Positions 1-12,090 of a stretch of DNA of 64,000 bases are shown piece after piece. Origin of the DNA: Macrostomum lignano (Eukaryota); the NCBI GenBank assembly GCA_002269645.1, contig NIVC01000137.1:559339-623338 (forward strand), written 5' to 3'. Position 1 is the stretch's first letter, and every line of letters starts with the position of its first letter. The notes under the pieces were generated by a model. The model did not search any database. It had not been told where the DNA came from and worked only from the letters and a program-made list of their open reading frames with translations. Position numbers and translations under genes: made by a program.

Positions 1-477
1 GAGTGTCTGCGGCGCCAAAATGAGTGTCTGTAGCGCCAAAATGAGAGTCTGCGGCGCCAAAATGAGTGTCTGCGGCGACAAAATGAGTGTCTGCTTGCGG
101 CGCCAAAATGAGTGTCTGCTGCGCCAAAATGAGTGTCTGTAGCGCCAAAATTAGAGTCTGCGGCGCCAAAATGAGTGCCCGCAGCGCCAAAATGAGTGCC
201 TGCTTGCGGCGCCAAAATGAGTGCCCGCAGCGCCAAAATGAGTGCCTGCTTGCGGCGCCAAAATGAGTGCCCGCAGCGCCAAAATGAGTGCCTGCTTGCG
301 GCGCCAAAATGAGTGCCTGCTTGCGGCGCCAAAAAGAGTGCCCGCTGCGCAAAAATGAGTGCCTGCGGCGCTAATAAAACGAGTGCTGACAACGCCAATT
401 CTGAAAATAATGTACCTTGTACCTGTAGAATTCGTGGCTCTGTCACCCCCACCATAAAATCCATAGCGACGCCTCTG
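1..477. mobile_element. Terminal part of a hAT-like MITE with internal 21-bp minisatellite (continues off the window edge)
   Basis: Units GGCGCCAAAATGAGTGTCTGC at 1-370. Terminus CCACCATAAAATCCATAGCGACGCCTCTG (ends 477) is the reverse complement of sequence resembling the left end of the element at 47220 (CAGGGGCGTC...GATTTTATGGTG). Confidence 0.65.
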
Positions 478-1963
478 TAGTCGAGTATTCACATATGATC
501 CTGAAAGCAGAACTATAAAAATAAAATAGAACAACTTTCGTAACTCTGACAGTGGCGTGCGATGAAGTTTCTACAGTTCCGGAATTATAGACAGCTTTTT
601 TTGACATCCCGAAATGTCGGTTAGGCAAATGTTATAGTGCATAGTTTAAACTTCATTCATGGAGTCCTTAAACGAAAATTTGGAGTAGTAACTGGAAAAT
701 GTAATATCCAGATATTTTTTCTTGTAGTTTTAATAAAAAATGCAACTATAAGAAACTAAAATAATTATTTTTATTGTAGAGATGCTCAAGTCGTGGCGTG
801 CGGAAACATTGCGGAAGCATCGGTGAGATTGGACTTTTACCATAAGTAGGCTATAATAGCTCAATTTAGCATATTCATACTAGCCTAAAATAGTAGACTT
901 TTGTAATTGATTCAATATGAAATGGAAACCATCTGTTTTTCTATTTTTAGACTTAAAATTGCATCTAAATATTGGAATTTAGCTTTCTTGGGCGAGTGAA
1001 TATATGGTAATTTTGTTTCAAGATAAAAATGCTTCGAAGCATGCAAATAAGTGGCCATACTGCTCGATAGATCTTGATATTGCTGATATATGATGAAAAT
1101 TATTCTTAAAAGGTTTTAAAGTATTGGTTAAAAATTGAAATACATCAAATAATTCGAAAAGAACTAAATGGGGTTAAAGACCCCAACAAATCATCTCTTT
1201 TAGGGAATCTATACTCATTGAGAAGTGACATTCGGTGTTACTGTCAGCATACCTAATCTTCACCAGTGTACTTTAACTGAGGAAATTTTTACATCAATCA
1301 AGTGGCGTAAGCAACAACAGAAGTTGTTTGAAAGCATTCCTGCCCGTGGGACTGCATCAATCATTGCCTACAGTGAGTGTTGAAAGCGGGGTGTGAAAAA
1401 CCTCATGACTCCAGACTGACTGTCTGTCCCAAAACCCTTGCTTCGTGTCTGCAGACCTTCGAAAATAAGGCCGGATTTGCTACGCCTGTACTCTTAGAGA
1501 AAATTGGCATACTCGGCTAAGCCTGCACAAAGGCTTAATCGCCTCCATACCCCATGAGCCGGCTGCGTTGAAGTTTCACGGCCCTGACGAGTCAGTTGCT
1601 ACCCAATCCTATCCTTCTCTCTTCATCGCTGCAGCACGCCAACCCCGCTTATTCCCACACTCGCAATGCATCTGTCCCCTCCCCCCTGGCTACTGAGAGA
1701 GAACAGCCCCACCCGATTCGTCCTCCACTTGACAATCCGACGCCCACACGGCAGCAACCGTGTAAGACCATCATCCCAGCAGGCTCAAGCTAGCTACTCC
1801 CTTCTAATTTTGCCTCCCTTCCCCAGCCCCCTCTTCCCCCGCCCACTCGCCTACTTACCATTCGCCCGGAGGCCCCGTCCTCTCCTTTCATCCGGCTAGG
1901 GAAAACACGCGACCCCACCCGGGCCAGACAGACGCGTGCGAAGGAAGCCCCCCCCAACACTTC

Positions 1964-1971
1964 TATAAAAG
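1964..1971 (+). promoter_or_regulatory. TATA box of the glutaminyl cyclase gene
   Basis: Canonical TATAAAAG 85 nt upstream of the ATG at 2056, after a C-rich upstream region. Confidence 0.6.
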
Positions 1972-2055
1972 ACCGTTAACAAACAAAGCTAGCTGGGTTG
2001 CCAAGCACACAAACTGAATAGGCTCCACCCACCTGCCTTCGCGGTGGAACAAGCG

Positions 2056-3030
2056 ATGGCGCCTCTGATTCTCTTGTTACTAACGTTTCTGGCAACAACT
2101 GACGCGAGAAACGACCGAGACATCAGTGTCTCACCTGCCCGCCTGGCTGAACTCTCAGAGCCGCTCGCCGTTATCAGGCAGGTTGGCACATCCGGCCATC
2201 GGCGGGTTCGCAACCATCTGGTCGAGTTTCTGTCGCGTCAGCCTGGTTGGCAAGTCGAATTAGACACGTTCCATGCCGAGACACCGATAGGCAGGCAGCG
2301 GTTCGATAACATCATCGCTACGCTGCGTCTTAACGATGCTCAATCCGGCTCGAGTGGACAACGCCGTCTGGTCCTCGCTGCGCACTACGACTCAAAACTG
2401 TTGCCCGGATTCGTCGGAGCCACCGACTCGGCGGTTCCCTGCGCTGTGCTGCTGCGCGCTGCCGAAACCATCGGCAGGGCCGTAGCCAGAGCGAGTCGAC
2501 TGAGTCCTCCAGGCCCAGGCGTTGACATCCTTCAGCTGGTGTTCTTCGACGGCGAAGAAGCCTTCAAGGAGTGGACGCGGACGGACTCGCTGTACGGATC
2601 GCGTCATCTGGCCCAAAAATGGGCCCAGGATGGAACTGCGCAGCAGGTCGAAGCGCTGGTGCTGCTGGACCTGATCGGTGGCAGGAATCCGAAGTTCTAC
2701 TATAACCCGCATCCCAGCAGCGATGAGCGAGTGATCGACACCGAGATGCGAATGTTCATCCAGCTGGGCGCCACCGAGGCCGCGATTATACCCGGCAGCG
2801 ACGAACCCGACTTCGACTACTTCCAGCTGATGAAGATCGGCTCAGGGACGGTGCAGGACGACCAGCTGCCATTTCAAGAGATCGGCGTGCCGACTGTGCA
2901 CCTCATACCGCAGCCGTTTCCCACGGTGTGGCACACGCCAGCCGACACGCTTGATGCCATCGAGTGGGATCAGGCTGCTGATGTGGCCAATATTGTGCTG
3001 TTCTGGACTGCTCAGACTATCGGGCTGTAG
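2056..3030 (+). CDS. QPCT: Glutaminyl-peptide cyclotransferase (M28 family), secreted, intronless
   Basis: Signal peptide MAPLILLLLTFLATTDA; QC motifs HYDSK, GATDSAVPCA, FFDGEEAF, SLYGSRHLA, LDLIG, QDD, FPTVWHT. Zn ligands (Asp of ATDS, second Glu of DGEE, His of WHT) present. Uninterrupted ORF, 324 aa from ATG 2056. Confidence 0.95.
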   Translation: MAPLILLLLTFLATTDARNDRDISVSPARLAELSEPLAVIRQVGTSGHRRVRNHLVEFLSRQPGWQVELDTFHAETPIGRQRFDNIIATLRLNDAQSGSSGQRRLVLAAHYDSKLLPGFVGATDSAVPCAVLLRAAETIGRAVARASRLSPPGPGVDILQLVFFDGEEAFKEWTRTDSLYGSRHLAQKWAQDGTAQQVEALVLLDLIGGRNPKFYYNPHPSSDERVIDTEMRMFIQLGATEAAIIPGSDEPDFDYFQLMKIGSGTVQDDQLPFQEIGVPTVHLIPQPFPTVWHTPADTLDAIEWDQAADVANIVLFWTAQTIGL

Positions 3031-3108
3031 TGATTGACTGACTATCTAAACTGACTATCTGGACTGCTCAGACTATCGGGCTGTAGTGATTGACTGACTA
3101 TCTAAACT
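3002..3108 (+). repeat. 51-bp direct tandem duplication spanning the QPCT stop codon
   Basis: TCTGGACTGCTCAGACTATCGGGCTGTAGTGATTGACTGACTATCTAAACT at 3002-3052 and 3058-3108. Confidence 0.9.
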
Positions 3109-3683
3109 TATATTTCAGCAGCAGGGTGCATCGGGAGTTTTGGGTCGTGTAGAATTTGCTCGGATGTTGATCAATTCTTTCATAATTGATTAATCACGGT
3201 TGTGCAAACTGAGATTCACCCACCCGCTTCGGGACCTGTGGTTGTTGACACTACTCGAATGCTATCTGCCATGCTACATGCGGTTGTCAGAGTGATTCGA
3301 AAAGCATTGCGACGCGCCTAATTGAATATTGATAACAATGGAAATGAGTCTACACTTTTCAAGTATTCACCAAAATATAACTCGGCATGCCTGTTCTTTC
3401 AGCGATGGCACAAGCTAAAAAAGGTTGATGTTGAAAATGTAGAGCGCTAATCCGCTCGTTCACCGGATGTATTTATGACACTGACAGCTCTTGGAAATCT
3501 GGTTCCCGTGAACGTCAGAAATCACGCAAGGCATGAGTTCAGAGTCCAAGGGTAACTTTTAAATGATATATGCCGTAACTGCCTGTAAGTCTACAGCTCA
3601 CGCGAGGCACATGTCGTTGCTGATTATTGCAAAAAGTAAAAAGTTCTGGTAAGACTATTTAGAAAGGCAGGTATAGCCTATGT

Positions 3684-4042
<359 letters not shown>

Positions 4043-4801
4043 AAAAGCAAACAGGCTGGAAGACCCATATCGCACACGAAAAAGATGTATTGTAAATTTC
4101 TATAGCACAGAGATTTCCAGGCATAGCGTGACTTACATTGAATTGGAGGCATTGTGAAAGAGACTGAAGCTAGATTTGAATTATAGCTACTTCTAAAAGA
4201 CCAGAAAGCACAGCGGCGGTGCAGCTTACTGCAGTTGCGCAGCGATGATGGATGCATGCGGGATTCATGAGGAAGCCGATTTTTAGTCGCAGGATGCAAA
4301 CAGCGAGAGACTTGTTGAATGAATTGGCACTGGTATGAAAAGCTAAAACACACTCTTAGCAATGAGCAGGAGCAGATACCTAATTAAAGAGCAGAGCTAA
4401 ATCCCTAGCACTATAGTACTTTGCATGTAGGAAAGAGAAATAGTAGCAAAGGTATAGATCCACAACGAATTTCCCATCTCGAACAGTCACTCCTTTCCTC
4501 GATACGACTCAAGACATCTTTCACCCAAGCCTTTCCTCGGATGCAATTAGCTTTACGTCACGTGTACACCTGCGTTTCCTTCATCCCGCCTTGGTGGAAA
4601 ACAGGCTTGGAAAACTCTGGTTTAGACAGAAATGCTGTGCACAACATATGCAGCCTTGTTTACCTGCACTCGCAAAGCGGATCAGCATGGGTATTCCTAA
4701 GCATTATGCTTCTGCTTCATTAGCTACATAGAAATGTCCCCATTACACAGAATTTTGCTGTATGACGTGAAAACAGGTATTGACTAATCCAAAGGTAGAG
4801 T

Positions 4802-5325
<524 letters not shown>

Positions 5326-6114
5326 CATGACGTATTGAGTGAAGCGCATCTGTATAAAAAGCTAGCTTCATACATGTAATTAAGCAGCATTGAAATACAA
5401 CACGCAGCACCTTGCGAAAGAGTTCACGGCAGCCTAAATTTAGCCTTGATGATGCCGGCAAAAAAACCCAACGGAACTCTGCTGCGTGGGTGGCTTCTGC
5501 TTGCTGACAGATATCGCCCGCAAACAGAAACTCATGAGACGCTTTCCTCCTCCCTATCCTCACTTGCCCCCTTACTGCAGTTCAGCTATCCTGTCCGCGA
5601 ATTCTAATTTAGTCACAGTTATAAAGGTTTAGTGCTCAGCTACGTAGCCACTCCGCCATCTCAGGGCCTATCTTTCGTCAATAAACGGGCTTAGTGAAGT
5701 TTCTCTCAACTTCTCTTTCAGCTTAGCTCCCTTCCCTCTATGAAACGTCATCGCTTGCTTGTCGTAAAATCTCTCTCTGAAGGATTCTGGTGAGGAAAAG
5801 GATATTAGCTGATAAGGCGGCGGGTGTAATATAAGCTAGATCTATAGAGAAATATTGACTATGGCGTAATTAAAACTGCGGTATACTACAGTAAGGGTGC
5901 ACCTGTTTTAATTGAGCGCGTACAGTTCTGAATTCATATTTAATTATGGAATATTCTACGAGTATAATCACAGAATTCATTTTTGCAAGATATTTAAACT
6001 TTTTTGCTTTACAAAAGTCAGTTCTCACTTTCGAGGGAATTGCAGAGATGCCAAGGTCTCTGAGATAGTAAGGGTCAAGAAGGAACTGCTGTAATTCCAA
6101 GACTCAAGAGAGTT

Positions 6115-6648
6115 GTTGAGAGGCCAAGGGTCGAGGGGGAGATGCTGAGATGCCGAGGGTCGAGGGGTAGATGCTGAGGTGCCAAGGGTCGAGGGGGAGA
6201 TGCTGAGATGCCAAGGGTCGAGGGGGAGATGCTGAGGTGCCAAGGGTCGAGGGAGAGTTACTGAGATGCCAAGGGTCGAGGGGGAGTTACTGAGATGCCA
6301 AGGGTCGAGGGGGAGTTACTGAGATGCCAAGGGTCGAGGGAGAGTTACTGAGATGCCAAGGGTCGAGGGGGAGTTACTGAGATGCCAAGGGTCGAGGGAG
6401 AGTTACTGAGATGCCAAGGGTCGAGGGAGAGTTACTGAGATGCCAAGGGTCGAATGGGAGTTACTGAGATGCCAAGGGTCGAGGGGGAGTTACTGAGATG
6501 CCAAGGGTCGAATGGGAGTTACTGAGATGCCAAGGGTCGAGGGTGAGTTACTGAGATGCCAAGGGTCGAGGGTGAGTTACTGAGATGCCAAGGGTCGAGG
6601 GAGAGTTTCTGAGATGCCAAGGGTCGAGGGGGAGTTTCTGAGATTCCA
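6115..6648. repeat. 29-bp minisatellite
   Basis: Unit GAGATGCCAAGGGTCGAGGGGGAGTTACT, about 18 copies. Confidence 0.95.
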
Positions 6649-7852
6649 AAGTTAAAAGGGGAAGCTGATATCTTAGGCTAGATAGCTGGCCTTTAAAGCA
6701 GATGATTATTTTGCTTTTAACATTTTTTCGAAAAAAGATATTCCTTTCTCTATTGCCTTTATTGCCTCCCCTAAGGTGGTCCAAAGATTGCCGTCTTTAA
6801 ATAGGCAGCTACGACGAGTTACACTAGTAGTTATTATATATTAAATACTACTTACTGAAGAGACTAGGCAGTAGTATAGGTAACGAAATAAAATCTAAAA
6901 TAGCCGGAGGTACTAAAGCATTCCAGTTGTTTTCAACTGCTTCAATGCTGTGTGCCAGAAATTTTTTAATTACTAAGTCATGAGCCATAAATCAGTGGAA
7001 ATATTTACTGTAGTCAACAAAGAACATTGGTACCTATATTGGGTATAAGTGCGCCTTTTCAGTAGGGTCCAGTGGAAATGAGAGCAAAAGGTGTACAAAG
7101 CGTACACCGACGAAAAATGAAGTCTCCAGTTTCCCGAGACGCTTCCAGATACGTCAATTTCTCACCAAAGAAGATGCTTTGCTTGCGTCAACGGTGGGAA
7201 GTGTGTCAGAGAGTAGAATAATTGATGAGCACTGTTGACTTTGGCTGTTGTCATTTGCCTGCGCACTTGTTCCAACATTTACCTTTTTTGTTGCGCTGGC
7301 CTGTGTCAGAGTGTGTCTCAGAAATACGCAGGCGCGCTTATGCTAGAGCGCGCGTTTGCAGTCCTCCCGTAGAGTCAAGAAAACAGATTTTTTTCTATAA
7401 GAAGCGTGGTGAAAATGTGATGGAAGATGCAAAAAATGCCTAAGTAGTTTGCATACTTCTGAATGTATGTAATTTTTTTGTTCTATTCAAACGTGTCTAG
7501 CATATCTGAAATGACAGGTTTTATTATGAGCATCCTGAGAAGAATATCACCATTTGATTCGTATATTGTCTTGGGATATTCTCGAGATATTCAGCTTATC
7601 ATCTTGAAGTCAGAATTGCGACCAGCAACTGAGTCTTCAACCTCTTAAAGGCGTCACCTCCGCGAAAAATCTTCGACCTGCTTCTTTTTGCAAGCGCGCA
7701 ATTAATAACCAAGGGCAAATACAAGAAACCCAAGAAGCTAGCTTTTGTTGCTTATAAGCAAACTACCCTAAGATACTTATTGCCGAATATACGAGCATAA
7801 CGCATTATCGAGAATTTTAGTAAACAGCTTGGACACAAGAAGCTAGCAAATC

Positions 7853-8876
7853 ATGCAGCTCGCACCTCTAACCATATCACTTCTAGTTGCAATCAGCAGC
7901 TTCGTTGAAGGCTCCGGGAGCTTCAAGAGCTCCGAGTGGCGAGCTCAGAGAGACGACCTCGCCGAGTACCTGGTTGACCGCTCGGTGCGCGCCGCAAGCC
8001 GCATCCAGTGCGCGTCTCTGGCCAGCAAGCGGCACCAAGCCGTCTCATTCTCAAGCGATGAAGGAGTCTGCCGGCTGCTGCGCTGCCGCCTGGGCCGGAG
8101 CGGCTGCAGGAAGTGCCGGAACGCTGCAAAATCCGGACTGCCTCTGTTCATGGTAAGAAACTTTGTTCGATATGTGCTGCAATGCAGTTGCAAAAATATG
8201 AAAACGAGAACATATCATACCCGCTTATTCTTTCAAGGTGAGTCGGCTCGAAAGCCTCGGAGCGAGCTGGTGCTGGCGCACCTTCCAGCACAGAGTAGAT
8301 GCGACTGTCGACTTCAACCGTGACTGGACAGACTACGTGTCCGGGTTCGGACAGGGCGAGGACAGAAACTTCTGGATGGGTCTGCAGGCGATCCACCTGC
8401 TCACTCGAGCTGGCGACAGGAGAGTGAGGTGGGAGATGAGCTCGTGGAACGGCAGCTGGTGGTGGTGGGAGAACGCCGTGCTCATTGTCAAGGACGCCAG
8501 TCAGGAGTATCGAGTCACCGTCGGTAAACAGGATGTCGATCGGTCCAACGTCATTGAGTGTCCGAAGAACGCCTTGGAGTCCATGGACAACCAAAAGTTT
8601 TCCACTAAGGGCAACGATCAAGATTCCTATTCGTATGGCTCATGCGCTAACCTGTATCGAAGCGGATGGTGGTTCAAGAGCTGTTTCTGCTTCAATCCGA
8701 ACGGAATTTACTACAGTCCTCCGGCAGCTCTGGATTTGTCTCGATATGATTTATTAAGCTTTGGAATCTCGTTTTCGGGTTCTGTTCCACCTGATCCCAG
8801 CATGTATCCGTTGGATTACCGCCAGTCCATGAAGACATTCGAGTGCCTGCTGATGGACACTGCCCCGGAAAATTAA
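7853..8876 (+). CDS. Secreted fibrinogen-related (FReD; ficolin/angiopoietin-like) protein with N-terminal PAN/apple-like module; 2 exons, 312 aa
   Basis: Exon 1 7853-8152 (signal peptide, RAASRIQCAS...FSSDEGVCRL), phase-0 intron 8153-8237 (GTAAGA...TTTCAAG), exon 2 8238-8876 with FBG motifs FQHRVDATVDFNRDWTDYVSGFG, NFWMGLQAIHLLT, KFSTKGNDQD, CANLYRSGWWFKSC, NPNG. Confidence 0.9.
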
Positions 8877-9174
8877 AGGCATGATTTTGACGCAAAAACG
8901 CTTACTCTATAAGATGTTTTTCACTTCTCTCCAGGGATGTAGCAGTTCTAAAGTTTGAGTCGTAAGAAATAGCTTTACTTTGTATTGAATCTGATAAAAA
9001 AGGTGCCAGCAATAGCTGGGGTAATTGATTTTGTTTTGAAAAAATTTCTTGAACGTGTCACAATTTTCAAAAATACATTGACTCTGCTGTTGAACTTTTT
9101 TGTTCTCAATCGAAAACCTGAACTTTTTCTGTTACTTTTCCGTCAAAATGTAACCTGACTCTGCTGTCAAAATG

Positions 9175-9400
9175 TCGACCCCACTGGAACAATTTGAGTC
9201 TTTGAGCAAGACACTTAAGCATTGATTCAGTTCACCCAGCTGTAAAATGGGTGCCAGCATTAGCTGGGGTAATTGAGGGTATGTGTGGTGATCCCCCAGT
9301 CCTTGGACTGAACAGCCGTACGCAGCCTTCAGATGCGGCTGCGGCTGAGCTGTCGGTTGCACATCTTCCCACTGGGGCAGGTGTAATAAATTATTATTTT
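9175..9400 (+). mobile_element. 5'-truncated CORE-like SINE copy
   Basis: Strong match to the SINE body at 42089-42400 (TTGAGCAAGACACTTAA...GTAAAATGGGTGCCAGCATTAGCTGGGGTAATTGAGGG...CCACTGGGGCAGGTGTA plus TTA-rich tail). Confidence 0.85.
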
Positions 9401-9659
9401 TATTCTATCGGATAATTTTCAAGCAGGTTTTCCAACCGAAAAATCATGATTTACTTAACAAAGAACTGCGAGTTTGTAACGTCTGACGCCTTAACTTTCA
9501 TGTTTACTACTGAAAAACTTCTATAGTAACGCAACTGCATCGATTGCGAGCAGTGCCAGCTTCTTTGATCAACAATTTAGTAATAGGAATCTACAGAGGA
9601 AAAGTTTCTCGCTAATAGAAATTAAATATTACTGACAAAGTAAGTATATAGTGCTGTCT

Positions 9660-10575
9660 GGTGGATGCTTGCTATTTGGAGGATGCTTTGCTCTCAGGGG
9701 AGGGGGTACTTGCTATCGTACATGTAGGTGTGCTTGCTATCGTACATGTAGGTGTGCTTGCTATCTAGGATTCTTTCTATCCAGGGATGCTTGCTAGCTT
9801 GTATTTAGGGACGCTTTCTATCTGGCGGATGCTTGCTATCTGGGGTTGCTTTCTCTCGGAGGGGGTTCCTTGCTATCTGGGTTGCTTGTTCTCGGAGGGG
9901 GTTGGGGTTGCTTTCTCTCGGAGGGGGTTCCTTGCTATCTGGGGTTGCTTGTTCTCGGAGGGGGTTGGGGTTGCTTGCTCTCGGAGGGGGTTGCTTGCTC
10001 TCGGAGGGGGTTGCTTGCTATCTGGGGTTGCTTGTTCTCGGAGGGGGTTGGAGTTGCTTGCTCTCGGAGGGGCTGCTTGCTATCTGGGGTTGCTTGCTCT
10101 CGGAGGGGGCTGCTTGCTATCTGGGGTTGCTTGTTCTCGGAGGGGGTTGGAGTTGCTTGCTCTCGGAGGGGGCTGCTTGCTATCTGGGGTTGCTTGTTCT
10201 CGGAGGGGGTTGGAGTTGCTTGCTCTCGGAGGGGGCTGCTTGCTATCTGGGGTTGCTTGTTCTCGGAGGGGGTTGGAGTTGCTTGCTCTCGGAGGGGGCT
10301 GCTTGCTATCTGGGGTTGCTTGTTCTCGGAGGGGGTTGGAGTTGCTTGCTCTCGGAGGGGCTGCTTGCTATCTGGGGTTGCTTGCTCTCGGAGGGGGCTG
10401 CTTGCTATCTGGGGTTGCTTGCTCTCGGAGGGGGTTTGCTTGCTATCTGGGGTTGCTTGCTCTCGGAGGGGGCTGCTTGCTATCTGGGGTTGCTTGCTCT
10501 CGGAGGGGGTTGGGGTTGCTTGCTCTCGGAGGGGCTGCTTGCTATCTGTGAGTGCTTGCTACGAGTATTTGGGGG
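9660..10575. repeat. Composite minisatellite (about 36-bp and 26-bp subunits, about 63-bp higher-order unit)
   Basis: Recurring TTGCTATCTGGGGTTGCTTGCTCTCGGAGGGGG and TTGGAGTTGCTTGCTCTCGGAGGGGG. Confidence 0.92.
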
Positions 10576-12090
10576 AACGCCTGCTATCTTTGTGAACGCT
10601 TTATTTTGTTGCGTATTTTTGTTACTTTTATAAAAAGAGACTCATATCAAACGTCTTTGTCCGTGACAATTTTACTCGAATAGAGTGATTTATAAAACTG
10701 AAGAAGGAATCGGTTTTTAAGAAAATGTGCATTTGTAATGGATTTGCATGAATAATTTTTTCTCCTTGCTTATTGGCCGACATGAAGGGGGCACTAGATT
10801 GCTAGTTTAATATTATATTATTCTATTGCCAATGCATTTCTTCCACTTCGAATATCGTCAGATCCAAATAAATTTATTAAAGAAAAAACGAAATTGTTTG
10901 TATATTTTTTGATTTGAGACATTGTACAAGTATATATTCTCTACCATGGACGCATTGGCTTTTCGAAGCGGTCCATATTCCATACTTTTGAAGACATCAA
11001 TAAGATGCTTTAATTTGACATAAACGTGAAAAGTCACTCAGGGGTATGGGAAATTTGCAGAAAATTAATAAATGCTTCGCCATGACGCCGCATCTGATCA
11101 AGCAGATTCTGCCAAATCGAATCATTCAGTGAAGTTGAACGCACCTTATGTCATGCAAGTTCCATTCCCCCAAGCATTTGTAGTCGTGGTGTTCTTTTAC
11201 ACTCGACTCAGTGATTAGCTTCAACTCGCACAGTAGTTGTATATTACAATCAGAGATCCGACATGGCTTCTTATCACTTCTTTCTGTCTAGTTAGTCCTC
11301 TCTAGCCTTCTTCTTACCGTACAATGCTCTTAAAGCCTTTGCCTCTGCCTGCAAGTTGTCTATGGCCATATATTGGCTCTGGCTTTCTCTGGCATGTCCC
11401 ACTTGGCTTCTCTTCACCGTATCCGTTGCTCAAAAGTGTGAAACTAGCGACCACTTGAACAACTATGGAATAATGACACAGACGCTAGCATAGAGAATAT
11501 ATACAATGTTGGATTATCTAGTTGGTTGCATCGATAAACACGAGAGCTAATGGTCATAAACACTCGCGCACAGTTGAAATTGAAAGTTGAGTACATAGCT
11601 GGGTACAAAAGTTTGGGTGGAAAGGCGTGGTACACATCAAATGAATTCAGATCCGGATAGAAAACGTAAAGTTGACGACGACTATAGCACCCCCATGGCC
11701 TTTCTCGCTACTCGTTAGTAGGCAATCTTTGTACCCCAAAGCGCAAACCTGTTCCACAACGAAGTTGCAGAAAACTTCTTGACTTTCCAACGACCGTGAA
11801 TTCACGCAAATGTTTGAGAATTTTCCCGTCCATCCGCCAGTCTGGGATGGGATTAAATCTTGGTATTTAATTGATTCCTGTTGACACTACAAACCTATAC
11901 CACCTGGGATATTTAGTAAAGGTGATTATATTCAATATCTGATGAGCGAATGGCAGCACTACTGCATCAGACCATAGGGTTTCATCGGGCAATATTAATA
12001 ATCAGTCGAATGCAGAGATGCTGGATCTAAGGCGCTTCAATCTGAAGTTAAAATCTGTCTGACTGTTTGGGTTAACAGCTCCATGCAATA

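Noticed and set aside
1584-1595. Hammerhead ribozyme core CTGACGA
   Set aside because: No downstream stem II-GAAA; CTGAC-GA-GTCAG is just a local palindrome.
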